This document shows, one piece after another, positions 44,878-55,074 of a stretch of DNA of 64,000 nt. The translations under genes and the position numbers were made by a program. The stretch is from the IMG/VR virus record IMGVR_UViG_2509601026_000001. One strand, written 5' to 3'. How positions within the stretch are numbered: the first letter of the stretch is position 1; the number at the start of each line of letters is the position of its first letter. The notes beneath the pieces were generated by a model that was not told the origin of the DNA, did no database searches, and was given only the letters and a program-made list of their open reading frames with translations. This DNA comes from a virus.

Positions 44878-47200
44878 AGAAATCGTTGAAGCCGCCTTAA
44901 CAAAAGACGGTGGTAATACCTCTGAAACGATGATCGTCTCAAACCATCTGGCCCAGATGGTCCTTTTTGGTATTAGAAAAGGGGTTGAGTTTTACCCTCA
45001 AATCGACGTAGACGATGAACGGCAGAACTTTATCAATGGCCTGATCAAGCGGAATCGGATCGATCTATACCTGCAATCAATCTGGGAATTGTTTGTAGGG
45101 ACAGGGGCGATCCTCTTTTATTTAAGGCCCCAGGGCAATACCTACGATATTCACTGGTATAAAAAAGATCAGTTCTTTCCGTACTACAAAGAAGGTGGCC
45201 GAGAATTAGAAAAAGTTGTAATTACTTATTCCTACAAGGTTCAGTCAAATCTGACCAACCTTGAGCAAGAGAAGTGGGTCAGGCTGACTATAACAACCGA
45301 TGAAATTAGGCAAAGCGAGTTTGAAAATAATCCCGGTCTACTTGATATTCACGGTGTTGTAGGGAATGAAAACGTTTGCAAAAATACGCTGGGCATCATT
45401 CCGTGCGTGATCATAGACAATAACCCAACGGCCCTAGGCCAGCGTGGGACAAATGACTTTGACTGGCTGGGGGGCCAGATTGAGGCCCATGACAAAATGG
45501 CAGGGGCCATCAACAAGAACATTGAGTTTTTCGGTAATCCAAGCCTGGTGACAACCCGTAGCCACCAAGAGGTAACCGAGTCGGTCATGGACAATAGAGT
45601 GCCACGCACTGTATCAAGTGGCGCTGCTTTCACAAACCAGCACGTTGCCTCAACCTACAAATATGATCCCAGTTCCTTAGAGGCCTCTGGCAGCAAGATC
45701 CGTAAGGTAATAGGCAACGTCGAGGCTGATGAACGGTTTGGCTTTATTCAGCCAAATGCCATTTCTGGGGACCAGAACCGCTGGGCCATGCAGTTCTCGG
45801 AAATGATCCGTACTGCAATGGGCGGGGTGGATGAGCTGGGCATCAGCTCGGGGGCAACGGCCTTTGAGATCAAGAGTCTCTATGGACGGGCCGCATCTAC
45901 AGCCGACCGAAAAAGCATTGCGCTTTACGACTATGGCCTGTGTGAGCTATTCAAGCTAGCGATCGCCGCCGAGGAGTTTTTGTATGAACGCAGTTTTGAG
46001 GCAGCGATTGGCTGGGATGTTGAAAAGAATGGGCCAATAAGTGGTCAGTTCATCAACTTCTATCTGGACGGAGGGCAAGACCCGAAGGGCAAAGAAATAA
46101 AGCCAAACCCTGAACCACCAGGCCTGGTCGGTTTGCGGCCTCGCGGAGACAGGGCCGTGCTCTGGAGGTATAAGGGGCCAGTCTTTGAAGATGGCCCAAT
46201 CGACCTTCAGCAAAAATCGATCCTGGCCAGAAATCTGGCTGAGGAAGGTTTTGATACCATCTCGCAAATGCAAATCCTTTTCCCGGATAAAACCGAAAAA
46301 GAGATTGACAAAATGTTGGGTGGTGTGCCTTTCCGGCGCATATCTAATACACTTGGAATAGTTCAAAGTTCGATTGGTTTAATTGGACAGTTATCACAAA
46401 CACCGGACCCACTAAATCCAGCAATGCCACTGGTCGCCAGATACGGGCAATTCGTGGATCAGATGGTTTTTATTCTCTTTCAGAAAATGTTGACGGAACT
46501 AAGTAGAGGCCAGACTAATGACCGAATCGTATACGATCCCGAGCCAAGTCCCTTCGGCGCAACCAGTGGCATCCCCTCCGATTCAGGCGCAGGGACAGGG
46601 GCCGGTTGGCTATCCCCAGGGCCAGCAGGGCAATTACCCTATGCAGTACCCTACGCAGGGTGGGGCAGCATTAATGCCCCAGCCCTCCCTCCAGGGGCAC
46701 CAATGGCAGGCCCAGCCGACCAGCAACGTAGTCCAAATGTTCCCACAGGGGCCGCAGGCGTCGCCCCAGGTTCCCCAGGCTATGCCTCCGGGTTACTCGA
46801 CCCAACCCTCTATGGGCCAGCCGGGTTCCCCAATGCCGTTCCAGCAAATGGGCAACTACAATCAGCAGCCCCAGGTGCAGCCCCAGGGCCAGGGCAACGA
46901 TGGGAACTTTTTGGCGCAGGCTCTCAACAAAACGTTGGACCTGCTGGCCAGCCCGGTACGGCTCCCCTTCCAGAGTTCGTCCGGCCAATCCCAAGCCCAG
47001 GGGCAACCGTACAGTCAGAGTCAGCAAGGCTTGCCGCAATTCAGCAGCAGCAGCCTTGGAGTGCCAATCAGCAGCCCGTCTATGGGGAATCAGACCTGGC
47101 AAGGCAGCCAGGGTTACTCGCCCAACTCTTCCCAACCTTCGCAGCAGCAGCCGGGGCAATCAAGCCTGCCTCTAAGCGGGGTGCAAAGAACAAGCGCTGA
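44855..47200 (+). CDS. portal protein with long low-complexity C-terminal extension
   Basis: position between terL and scaffold/MCP; NIEFFGNPSL, MGGVDELGIS; P/G/A/Q-rich tail after ~aa 555. Confidence 0.75.
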   Translation: MTMPKSIKEIVEAALTKDGGNTSETMIVSNHLAQMVLFGIRKGVEFYPQIDVDDERQNFINGLIKRNRIDLYLQSIWELFVGTGAILFYLRPQGNTYDIHWYKKDQFFPYYKEGGRELEKVVITYSYKVQSNLTNLEQEKWVRLTITTDEIRQSEFENNPGLLDIHGVVGNENVCKNTLGIIPCVIIDNNPTALGQRGTNDFDWLGGQIEAHDKMAGAINKNIEFFGNPSLVTTRSHQEVTESVMDNRVPRTVSSGAAFTNQHVASTYKYDPSSLEASGSKIRKVIGNVEADERFGFIQPNAISGDQNRWAMQFSEMIRTAMGGVDELGISSGATAFEIKSLYGRAASTADRKSIALYDYGLCELFKLAIAAEEFLYERSFEAAIGWDVEKNGPISGQFINFYLDGGQDPKGKEIKPNPEPPGLVGLRPRGDRAVLWRYKGPVFEDGPIDLQQKSILARNLAEEGFDTISQMQILFPDKTEKEIDKMLGGVPFRRISNTLGIVQSSIGLIGQLSQTPDPLNPAMPLVARYGQFVDQMVFILFQKMLTELSRGQTNDRIVYDPEPSPFGATSGIPSDSGAGTGAGWLSPGPAGQLPYAVPYAGWGSINAPALPPGAPMAGPADQQRSPNVPTGAAGVAPGSPGYASGLLDPTLYGPAGFPNAVPANGQLQSAAPGAAPGPGQRWELFGAGSQQNVGPAGQPGTAPLPEFVRPIPSPGATVQSESARLAAIQQQQPWSANQQPVYGESDLARQPGLLAQLFPTFAAAAGAIKPASKRGAKNKR

Positions 47201-47762
47201 TTACCCCTCGGCAGCCGAGCTACAGGCAGCTGGCTACACCATTGATGGAGTAAACCAGTTTGCCGTTGAAGTGGAACACGCCCTAGTCAAAACAGCTGTT
47301 GCCCTCGACCAGGCCAACAATGAAATCACGGCTATTCGAGGCCTGATGACAAACCCTGACCGACTCTCTCAGTACACGCTAGAGTTCTTCGGTCCTAATG
47401 GCCCCTATCCGATCGAAGAGGCACGAGCAGCACGGGCACAACGGGACCAGATGGCTCAGCAGGCCCAGTACCAGCAGCAGATGCAGATGCAACAGCAGCA
47501 GCCGCAGATGCCTGGGTTTATGGACCCCCGAGTTCGGCCCGACGGTTCCGGCCTCGATAGCTCCTATGCTCGGCAGGTAGATCCGATCGGTGTTGCAAGG
47601 CCAAACTTCCCGGCTCCCCCGGTGGGCCAAACTGCGACCCCCCGAGACCTGCAAGTCCTGGGCCAGGTGTTTAGCCAGAACCCTCAAAACGCCTATGAGA
47701 TCATCGACCAATTGGAACGGTCGGGAGCATTTCGCGGAGCCGTTTTGGCAGTAGACAGCTAG
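46518..47762 (+). CDS. putative scaffolding protein
   Basis: Q/P-rich N-terminus, helical C-terminal part, followed by terminator; overlaps portal by 683 nt. Confidence 0.65.
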   Translation: MTESYTIPSQVPSAQPVASPPIQAQGQGPVGYPQGQQGNYPMQYPTQGGAALMPQPSLQGHQWQAQPTSNVVQMFPQGPQASPQVPQAMPPGYSTQPSMGQPGSPMPFQQMGNYNQQPQVQPQGQGNDGNFLAQALNKTLDLLASPVRLPFQSSSGQSQAQGQPYSQSQQGLPQFSSSSLGVPISSPSMGNQTWQGSQGYSPNSSQPSQQQPGQSSLPLSGVQRTSADYPSAAELQAAGYTIDGVNQFAVEVEHALVKTAVALDQANNEITAIRGLMTNPDRLSQYTLEFFGPNGPYPIEEARAARAQRDQMAQQAQYQQQMQMQQQQPQMPGFMDPRVRPDGSGLDSSYARQVDPIGVARPNFPAPPVGQTATPRDLQVLGQVFSQNPQNAYEIIDQLERSGAFRGAVLAVDS

Positions 47763-47786
47763 TACAATATAATTAGTGAGAAGGAA

Positions 47787-47815
47787 ATCCAGGGCCTTTT
47801 ATAGGCCCTTTTTTG
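47787..47815 (+). terminator. intrinsic terminator after scaffold gene
   Basis: agggcc-ttttata-ggccct followed by T run. Confidence 0.7.
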
Positions 47816-47816
47816 T

Positions 47817-48116
47817 ATGCATATATCAGTTGATGTTGATGAACTATTGCTTACATTTTCGGCAGCTCATGCCACTGAGACTAATTACGGTGGCATATAC
47901 CCAAAAGCAACAGGTCAAGTGATAGACGGAAAAGATTGTGTTTGCTACATGATTGAGCACGGAGAAAACTTGCTTTGGACAATAGACAAAGCAGAAGAAG
48001 TGGAAAGACGGACCAAAAGCTATCAGGAAATGACAGGCCTGAAACCGTCTGAGGCGGCTTTAATAGTGTCAAAAGATGGCTTTGATTTTATGCCAAAAGC
48101 TGACCTGCAAATTTGA
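47817..48116 (-). CDS. hypothetical protein
   Basis: part of reverse-strand insert. Confidence 0.55.
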
Positions 48117-49152
48117 CAGTATTCCTGATTTGATTTTGCAAATCAGGTGAATTAAAGTACTCAATGACATTGCCAGTTGGTCCGTAGCTTCCACTGTAAC
48201 TATTGGGGACATTGCCCCCTAGGAAGTTCAAAGACCTGAGATAGTGAACCTTTTTGGCCATTTCAGAATCAGGCAAAACCTGGCGAAGCAAACCGTAGCC
48301 AATTGGCTCTGCATGGATTTCAGCGATTCGATCTGAGGTTGAATTGACGATACCTTGCTTGCCAAACGTTCCTGCAACGGTGTGAGCTGGCATACTAAGT
48401 GCATGGCCAAGTTCATGAGCCAGAGTGCCAGCAAATTTCAGCGTGGGAGTATCTGGCTTATTCTGAATATAGATGCCACGGGTTCGACCGCTGGGGGCAG
48501 TTATAGATGCAAATCCGTTGACATACTTTGCCCTTTCTAGGTCAATTTGCTTTGCTGATTCTCGATTGTAAGCATTTAGAAATTCTTCAGGATCTAAGCG
48601 CTTAACTGGAATGCCTTGTTGTTCAGCAAAGTTTTGAAGCCGAGAGAATGCGTAATTTCCCTGAGCATTATACTCTGGTGAGTTGATCGAAGAGTCGTAG
48701 GCAAGTCGTTCCCATTCGCCATTAAACGGATCTTCTAAGTGCTGGGGTAGACGTAACCCTAATTTGGTTAGATAGTCAGGAGGGGCCGCATCAAATTTAA
48801 GCTGATTGAGAGTGTCATAGGCAACTGGGGAAAGCTCAGTCGCATCTTTTCCTCGATAACGATAAAGGACTTCTTCGACGTTCGGCCTCCCCAGAAGATG
48901 ATCTATGAGGCCTGTATTTGTTGAATTATCCTGAAACGTGATCGCCTGGACGGGGGTTCGTTGTTCAACCCTGTCATTTATCGCAGGGTCAAACCTCATC
49001 CGGCTTTCGATGGTCGGCTTGGATTGTAAAACTTGAGCGTTCTGCGACTGAATCCACTCTTCCGCCTGGGCTGCTTTGTCGATGGGAACTCTAACCGTTG
49101 CCAGGTCAGACAAAGCTGGGTAGGCGTATCTACTAAGAGTGAAATTATCCAT
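48088..49152 (-). CDS. putative zinc metallopeptidase (HExxH)
   Basis: LAHELGHAL plus downstream EIHAE. Confidence 0.6.
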   Translation of the reverse strand: MDNFTLSRYAYPALSDLATVRVPIDKAAQAEEWIQSQNAQVLQSKPTIESRMRFDPAINDRVEQRTPVQAITFQDNSTNTGLIDHLLGRPNVEEVLYRYRGKDATELSPVAYDTLNQLKFDAAPPDYLTKLGLRLPQHLEDPFNGEWERLAYDSSINSPEYNAQGNYAFSRLQNFAEQQGIPVKRLDPEEFLNAYNRESAKQIDLERAKYVNGFASITAPSGRTRGIYIQNKPDTPTLKFAGTLAHELGHALSMPAHTVAGTFGKQGIVNSTSDRIAEIHAEPIGYGLLRQVLPDSEMAKKVHYLRSLNFLGGNVPNSYSGSYGPTGNVIEYFNSPDLQNQIRNTVKFAGQLLA

Positions 49153-49233
49153 AGCCCCAAAAATTAGAGTCCCCCTTTTCCGCCGAAGCTTCCAAGGGGG
49201 TAGTAGGCTCCCATCCAGAATTATAGAGACATT

Positions 49234-49593
49234 CTAGGATTTTGGAACAACAGAGCAAGCAGATATTCTCCTGACCTTTGCAGCTGGAACCCGCGAGGCA
49301 AGAATACGGCTGTTCGAAGAAATGGTTCCAGCAGAGTTGGGCTTTTTGATGGTATAAAAAACGTCGCCATTTGGCTGTAGGTGGACATTACCTATCAGGC
49401 CTTCTACGTAGACCTGTGCTCCGGCCTTCATTACGGTAGCCTCGACCGGATCTTGATATGCAAGAAAATCGGCCAAATAGCTTTGCTTGAGATCCGCGAT
49501 TTGCTCATTGATTCGAGAAATGGCGGCATTTAGCCTTGCAAGCTCAGCAGCAAACACACTGGACTTTGATTTTTCCAAAATTGATTCTGGCAT
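49234..49593 (-). CDS. hypothetical protein
   Basis: part of reverse-strand insert. Confidence 0.55.
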   Translation of the reverse strand: MPESILEKSKSSVFAAELARLNAAISRINEQIADLKQSYLADFLAYQDPVEATVMKAGAQVYVEGLIGNVHLQPNGDVFYTIKKPNSAGTISSNSRILASRVPAAKVRRISACSVVPKS

Positions 49594-49738
49594 TGGGTTG
49601 AAGCAAATAATTACAATTTTATCAAACCAATAGATTTGATAGCAATTAATAGTTTTTGGCTATACTTTGGCCAGTAGGTTCATATCTCCCAATAGTAGCG
49701 ACTCCCAATCGTTTTAACTTTTGGAGACATGACAAGGT

Positions 49739-50815
49739 ATGTTTATTGATGCAGCCTTTCCTCAGCTCTTGGGGGCAGAGCTTTATCGGCCACATCCAAG
49801 TTACATCGCAGAGATGTGCTTTTCACCCTTAGTGGTGTGGGACTTTAGTAAAGCACCTGGCGAAACAATTCAGCTCGATCGCTACGCTTTTTGGGGTGAG
49901 CCGGGAACAAAAGAACAACGTGAGCGTGAAGCTGCCGAAACGATTGGTACGGCAAATGCTCGGGCAATTACAAAGAAAATTGTCCAGGTCACTCTGAAGG
50001 AATATTCAGGTCCAGCAGACCCGAATGATCCGAGTGCTCCCAGTACGTTCAAAATTCCCAAACTCACCATCCTCCGTGCCCAACGTATGTTGTGGGACAT
50101 GGGGGTAGCAGGCTTCCACCAGTCCATCGGTTCGCTCAACTTGCTTGATGACTATCGGCGTTGGAGGGACCGGGTTTGGATCAATGAAGCTCTGAAAAGC
50201 ACCAACACCTATAACCCCGGTGGGCAGGCTGACAGCACCGGCTACGGTAGCAATACCACCGCTGAAGTGCAAGGCAAGTTCGACATCAAGCGGGACTTGC
50301 TAACCCTGGTTGAGCGTCTGCGCACCCGAAACGTGCCGACCTTTGAAGACGGTAACTATCGGTGCCTAGCCGATCCTCGGTTTATGAAACACCTGCGGCA
50401 AGATCCTGATTTCCGCGAGGTGGCCCGGTATCCTGGCTTCCCTGGGATGCAGCCCAACCTGGCAATTTACGGGGGTGGTCAGTACCAGCAGTACAACACT
50501 CCCCAGGGCCAGCCGGTCATGCCGTCCGGTTTCGTGTTTGAGGGTGTTCGGTTCTTCGAAAGCACCAATATGCCTACTGCGATCGTGCCAATCAACTTTG
50601 GCAGCGGTTATGCAGCTCAGACCAATGAAGCTCACCTTGGTATCTTCTTCGGTCCCCAGGCCCTAGGCATGGGGGTAGGTGGCCCCAACGCTCAGGTACT
50701 ACTCAATAACAATGACGACTTTAGCCGTTTTGTTATTGCCATTTGGCAGCTATACGCTGGTTTCGAGCCGCTAAACCTCGACTTTGTTGAAGTAGCACGA
50801 ACCTTCGCAAGCTAG
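49739..50815 (+). CDS. major capsid protein
   Basis: 358 aa; FPQLLGAELYRPHP, IQLDRY.FWG, GFVFEGVRFFESTN, IFFGPQALG, IWQLYAGF. Confidence 0.85.
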   Translation: MFIDAAFPQLLGAELYRPHPSYIAEMCFSPLVVWDFSKAPGETIQLDRYAFWGEPGTKEQREREAAETIGTANARAITKKIVQVTLKEYSGPADPNDPSAPSTFKIPKLTILRAQRMLWDMGVAGFHQSIGSLNLLDDYRRWRDRVWINEALKSTNTYNPGGQADSTGYGSNTTAEVQGKFDIKRDLLTLVERLRTRNVPTFEDGNYRCLADPRFMKHLRQDPDFREVARYPGFPGMQPNLAIYGGGQYQQYNTPQGQPVMPSGFVFEGVRFFESTNMPTAIVPINFGSGYAAQTNEAHLGIFFGPQALGMGVGGPNAQVLLNNNDDFSRFVIAIWQLYAGFEPLNLDFVEVARTFAS

Positions 50816-50865
50816 ATTAGTAGGCTCCCCAAAATCTTAAACACCACAGAAGGATCGATCGATTC

Positions 50866-51441
50866 ATGGCTAGAAAAATTTTCCCCGGCAACTACGTCAA
50901 CAACCAGGATTCTTATGATCCTGTTGCCCTTGCAATTCCACCTTTCCTCCGGTATCGGATTTGCGGGTATTTTGAAATCAAAAACGGCAATACTGATACC
51001 ACGTTCTCGCTCATCATTCCGAGTGTGAATAACACGGACCCGAACAAAACGTTTCCTTCGGGCTGGACAATTCCTGTCGGCTCCTATGTGATGCGCTATG
51101 CGTACCGGCTCCCCTCGACTAACACGGACGGAGAGGCCGTTACGGTCGGTGGGACTAACTCTCACGAGTTGATTTTAGGCCCTGACCTGGACGACACCAA
51201 GGGTGGAACGATCGTAGCGGCCAGCTCTACGTTTGCAGCGGGCACCGCTAAGCTCGACGTATTCAGCCCAACCAAAACGACTGGTGCACTGGCCATTAAA
51301 CTGCGGGTTGCTGATGGGTCAGGGGCCGCTGGTGCGGCTCCATCTGTCTCGAAGGGAACTGTCCGCATTCCCGCCGAAATTGTCTATGCAGTTTCGGATG
51401 ATGTCATCACGCTAGAAGAAATCCCGAACGGCTATAAGTAG
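50866..51441 (+). CDS. putative capsid decoration/minor structural protein
   Basis: directly after MCP; KIFPGNYV start; beta-rich. Confidence 0.55.
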   Translation: MARKIFPGNYVNNQDSYDPVALAIPPFLRYRICGYFEIKNGNTDTTFSLIIPSVNNTDPNKTFPSGWTIPVGSYVMRYAYRLPSTNTDGEAVTVGGTNSHELILGPDLDDTKGGTIVAASSTFAAGTAKLDVFSPTKTTGALAIKLRVADGSGAAGAAPSVSKGTVRIPAEIVYAVSDDVITLEEIPNGYK

Positions 51442-51452
51442 GTAGGTAGTTT

Positions 51453-51914
51453 ATGGCAACTTGTACCCATCTTCCTACCCAAGCGAAATGTGAAATCATT
51501 GGTGGATTTTCTGATGGTAAGAGAAGATATTACACCCTGAAAGAAATTGTTCAGGGTGATGGTTACGCCAGAACGTTTACAGCTGATGAGGAGGAAATCA
51601 AAAAAGATGAGCTGGCCCAGGTTTTGCCGTTTGCAAAGCCGGTCAGGGAGGAAGTCCAGGCCCAGCCTGAACCCGTCAACGAACCTGTAGTAGTTGAGGA
51701 AAAGAAAGACCCAGCCAAGGTCTATATCAACGACAAAAGCTTGACCAAAGAAGCCCTGGCCAATTCGGTCATTCAGGGAATTGGGCCTATAACAGCAGGC
51801 CGAATTCTTACTTTGCGAGACAGCTTGCCAGATGGCAAGTTTACTGCTCTCGATCAAATTAAGACGATCAAAGGCATTAACTGGGATGCCTATGCTGAGT
51901 CGATCGTGTTTTAG
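51453..51914 (+). CDS. helix-hairpin-helix domain protein
   Basis: IQGIGPITAGRI...FTALDQIKTIKGINW. Confidence 0.7.
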   Translation: MATCTHLPTQAKCEIIGGFSDGKRRYYTLKEIVQGDGYARTFTADEEEIKKDELAQVLPFAKPVREEVQAQPEPVNEPVVVEEKKDPAKVYINDKSLTKEALANSVIQGIGPITAGRILTLRDSLPDGKFTALDQIKTIKGINWDAYAESIVF

Positions 51915-51919
51915 GAATA

Positions 51920-52162
51920 GTGGCGATGGATAAGACAGTTTCCGGCAATTTCAATTTGAACTCGATGCCGAAAAGTATGTTGCTCTATCGCCACTACTAC
52001 CAAGGCAATCCGATTCCGACCGTCTCCAATTACTTCAGATACGCTGGTGCATTTTCTGACTACGTGAAGTCTATTCCCTATGCTCAGACAAAACGATTCT
52101 TCATCAAGGGAATGAAGGGGCCAAACTTACTAACCGCAGAAGAAGGAAAAATCCCGCTATGA
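51920..52162 (+). CDS. hypothetical protein
   Basis: ORF in operon. Confidence 0.55.
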   Translation: MAMDKTVSGNFNLNSMPKSMLLYRHYYQGNPIPTVSNYFRYAGAFSDYVKSIPYAQTKRFFIKGMKGPNLLTAEEGKIPL

Positions 52163-52833
52163 TGCAGGCCGAACCAAAATACTCTGGAATGCAGTATGCG
52201 GCCTGGAGGATGCTAACCCCGGCAGGTTTTGCCGATGCTGGCCAGGAGATGATCGACGGAGCCAAAGCCTATGCGGCCCGTGCAGGCAGCCAGCAGCTAC
52301 CAGAGAGCTTCTACGAGGGAGCCAGGGCAGGAATTAACCTGCCGGGTTCCCAGCGGTTTCTAGGGGAGGCCAAGACCATCCCCGGAACACAGTTCGCCGG
52401 GTCAAAACTGGCCGATGCAGCTGAAGCCTCTACAGCCCTTCGTAGGGCAATCAATGTTATTCCCGGCCTAAACCTGCTCGGTGATGTTGCCGATGTTGGG
52501 GCAGCGATCGTCGGGGTGGCCAGGAAAGATAAGGTCAGGCAGGGGCAGGCCCGTGAGCTGGCCCAGGAAATGGCCCAGTCGGGGGTCAGCCTTGACCAGG
52601 CCATGCAGTACATCAATAGTGGACAAGGTGGCAGCCAACTGCAAAACCTGGCCGGGGACCAAACAGCAGGCGACTTTGGCAAGACGTTGGCCTACGGTGC
52701 ATTCACCGGCTTGCCGTCGCTCAACCCGATCGCTGCCGTGGCTGGCCTGGTCGAGGCTGGTGATCTCCAGTGGGAGAAGCATCGTCGGAATCAGATCTTC
52801 AAAGACGAGTTCATGAAAGCGCAGGGCCTATGA
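52159..52833 (+). CDS. putative virion protein
   Basis: A/G-rich 224 aa. Confidence 0.6.
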   Translation: MMQAEPKYSGMQYAAWRMLTPAGFADAGQEMIDGAKAYAARAGSQQLPESFYEGARAGINLPGSQRFLGEAKTIPGTQFAGSKLADAAEASTALRRAINVIPGLNLLGDVADVGAAIVGVARKDKVRQGQARELAQEMAQSGVSLDQAMQYINSGQGGSQLQNLAGDQTAGDFGKTLAYGAFTGLPSLNPIAAVAGLVEAGDLQWEKHRRNQIFKDEFMKAQGL

Positions 52834-53201
52834 GTAAGATTGTGCAGGTTGGGACCAATCTACTTGTTGCAGGGGCAATTCTGGGGATGCTTCGAGGCCA
52901 GCGCAAAGAACTGGCAGAAGCGAAACGGCAGGGCTTGCAACTGGCCAAGAGTGGGTATTTCTCCACCCTGGACGATGCTCTTGCCTACTCTGAAGCAAAT
53001 GGCGGCGATCTTCATCGTAAGTATGCCGGTCAGAGCTTGCTTGATTCTCTACAAAGTGGGGTTGGGGTTGGTGGTGTCGCACTAACCAAAAACCCTATCG
53101 CTACGATTGCGATCGCAGGCCATCTAATCGACAGAGGCCGAGAAAAGAATGAACGGGCCGAAACATTCCGGCAGGCATTTGAAAGTAATTTACCGGGGTA
53201 G
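52770..53201 (+). CDS. putative virion protein (likely start 52830)
   Basis: resembles the second half of the preceding protein; ATGA overlap at 52830. Confidence 0.55.
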   Translation: MGEASSESDLQRRVHESAGPMSKIVQVGTNLLVAGAILGMLRGQRKELAEAKRQGLQLAKSGYFSTLDDALAYSEANGGDLHRKYAGQSLLDSLQSGVGVGGVALTKNPIATIAIAGHLIDRGREKNERAETFRQAFESNLPG

Positions 53202-53349
53202 ATCATGCTGAGATTCGCAGGCCAAGCCATCAAAAACAATCCGCTTAACATGATTGAACCTCAAGGCTCCTATCGTTATTTGTACGATGGCTCTGGCCTT
53301 GTACAAGGGTCGCCCTGGGCAAATGGTTATTCAACCTACGGGTATTAAG

Positions 53350-53832
53350 ATGGTCGCTCTTTCTCAACACGATACAGACAGAGCCAAGTTCCATACTGGC
53401 ATCGTCAATATTGTGACTATTTCGGCCCAGGATGTTTCTCGGCTGCTTGAGGCCTGCGCAAATATCGAAGGTAACTACGCTAAAGATCGAGTCATTGATC
53501 AGCTCGATCGATGCGATGCAATCTGGAAAAATACGGACATGACTCAGGAGCCAGCCAATGAAAAACGGCTGTACTCTGGGGACGTAAACCGGACCGAAGT
53601 TTACTTTGCCCTGGGTGAGGCAATGCGTCTATGGAATGACGCCTATCTGAGAGAAACTGATCGTCTTTGTAAGCTGCTTGCCGTCCCGAACTATCACCGG
53701 GTTGACTTTGATCGATACCAATTTGAACGGTCTGGAGCGTCGTTCATCGAGGCTATTCCAGGCCCTAAAGATACGGCTGTCTACTCCTCAATCGGAGAGA
53801 CAGCCTATCTTGGTGGGGCCTTTGGATTTTAG
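53350..53832 (+). CDS. putative head-completion/neck protein, paralog A (160 aa)
   Basis: aligns end to end with 56588-57070; start reassigned to MVALSQ. Confidence 0.6.
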   Translation: MVALSQHDTDRAKFHTGIVNIVTISAQDVSRLLEACANIEGNYAKDRVIDQLDRCDAIWKNTDMTQEPANEKRLYSGDVNRTEVYFALGEAMRLWNDAYLRETDRLCKLLAVPNYHRVDFDRYQFERSGASFIEAIPGPKDTAVYSSIGETAYLGGAFGF

Positions 53833-54047
53833 GCCTCTTCAGTAAATGACTGGTGAGGTTCTTGAAGATGAGTCCCACCACCCTGACGGCGATTAGGAAA
53901 TGTGTCGCGTTTACTTGCAACTTCTTCGATTGCATTTGAAAGGCGATTTGCCGTCATGATCATAAAAATGGTCATCAGTCCCATCGGGACGGAAAAAATC
54001 AGTAAGACCAGGATAAGAGGGATAGCTTGCTGCATAATTAAAACCAA
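53829..54047 (-). CDS. small membrane protein, holin-like
   Basis: single long hydrophobic helix. Confidence 0.4.
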   Translation of the reverse strand: MVLIMQQAIPLILVLLIFSVPMGLMTIFMIMTANRLSNAIEEVASKRDTFPNRRQGGGTHLQEPHQSFTEEA

Positions 54048-54694
54048 GGTTGCTCGGGGTTTGTGCGACTCACCCCCTCAGCAAGTCCTTGACTGTTTTC
54101 GATTCGCCAGTGGGGTTCGTAGACACAGAATAACCCTTCGTTCACTTCCGTTGATAGCTTCACTCGAAGGTGTTGATTATTCTCTACAAACCACTGAAAT
54201 TTTTCTACCCAAAGAACGGTTCCTTTTGGGATTGGGACAAAAAGACCGTCAACTGGTTTAGTCTTCAATTTTGTTGTTTCTAGGGCAACAAAGCGATAGT
54301 TTCCCTTGAATTGAGCTATGTCTAAATCCAATTGCCCATTGGCATATTCAGCGCTAGGCAAGGCTTTAATCTGTTCAATGGATGGCTCAGAAGATGCACT
54401 TGCTGTTGGCACTGATGCAGGGGCAACAGGAAATGTAGCAAGGGCAAGGTGGGGCATGTCTGGTGGGTCAGGAGGTAAGCCGGAAGTAGGTAGCTTTCCG
54501 ATTGGCTCAATGTTGGGATTAAGCCGCCCCTTGTAGGCCGCAAACAGGCCTACTACCAGGCCGAACCATGATGCACCCTGGGCCTGTTGTGCAACACTTG
54601 CAGGCAAATATGGTGCCGAAGATTGAAGCAAGGCTGCGGCAGCGGTTGTAATAATTCCTTGAATGGTGGTAGAGCGAAGCTGAGATTTAGCCAT
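54038..54694 (-). CDS. membrane protein, possible holin-like N-terminus
   Basis: SQLRSTTIQGII...WFGLVVGLFAAYKGR; two hydrophobic segments. Confidence 0.45.
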   Translation of the reverse strand: MAKSQLRSTTIQGIITTAAAALLQSSAPYLPASVAQQAQGASWFGLVVGLFAAYKGRLNPNIEPIGKLPTSGLPPDPPDMPHLALATFPVAPASVPTASASSEPSIEQIKALPSAEYANGQLDLDIAQFKGNYRFVALETTKLKTKPVDGLFVPIPKGTVLWVEKFQWFVENNQHLRVKLSTEVNEGLFCVYEPHWRIENSQGLAEGVSRTNPEQPWF

Positions 54695-55074
54695 TAAAGT
54701 TCCTCGGGCGAAGGGAAGTCAGTAGATGGTTTTAAGGTAATAGGAAGAAACACCAGGATAGAGGCAATTGCATAGTAGTTGTCGGTACTTTCCATGCAAT
54801 CTGTCAACAAGTCAGCACTTAGCCACAGCTCTCCATTGATATCTGTGATAGGAGCAATATTCATTGGTCCTGATAGCAATGCTCTCATTTGTGCTACTTG
54901 ATCTTCGGACACTGGCAGCCAGTGATTGCGTAGCAGCTCTTGCTGCTCAGATGTGAACGGGCCATCAGGCCGAAGGGTTTCGCGCAATAGCGATTGCTGG
55001 TCGGCAGTCAGACTGACCCAGGCAATCGGATTGGCATCAAGTAGTTGCTTTAGCTCTAGCTGTTCAGGGGTCAT
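54694..55074 (-). CDS. hypothetical phage protein
   Basis: ORF in operon. Confidence 0.6.
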   Translation of the reverse strand: MTPEQLELKQLLDANPIAWVSLTADQQSLLRETLRPDGPFTSEQQELLRNHWLPVSEDQVAQMRALLSGPMNIAPITDINGELWLSADLLTDCMESTDNYYAIASILVFLPITLKPSTDFPSPEEL

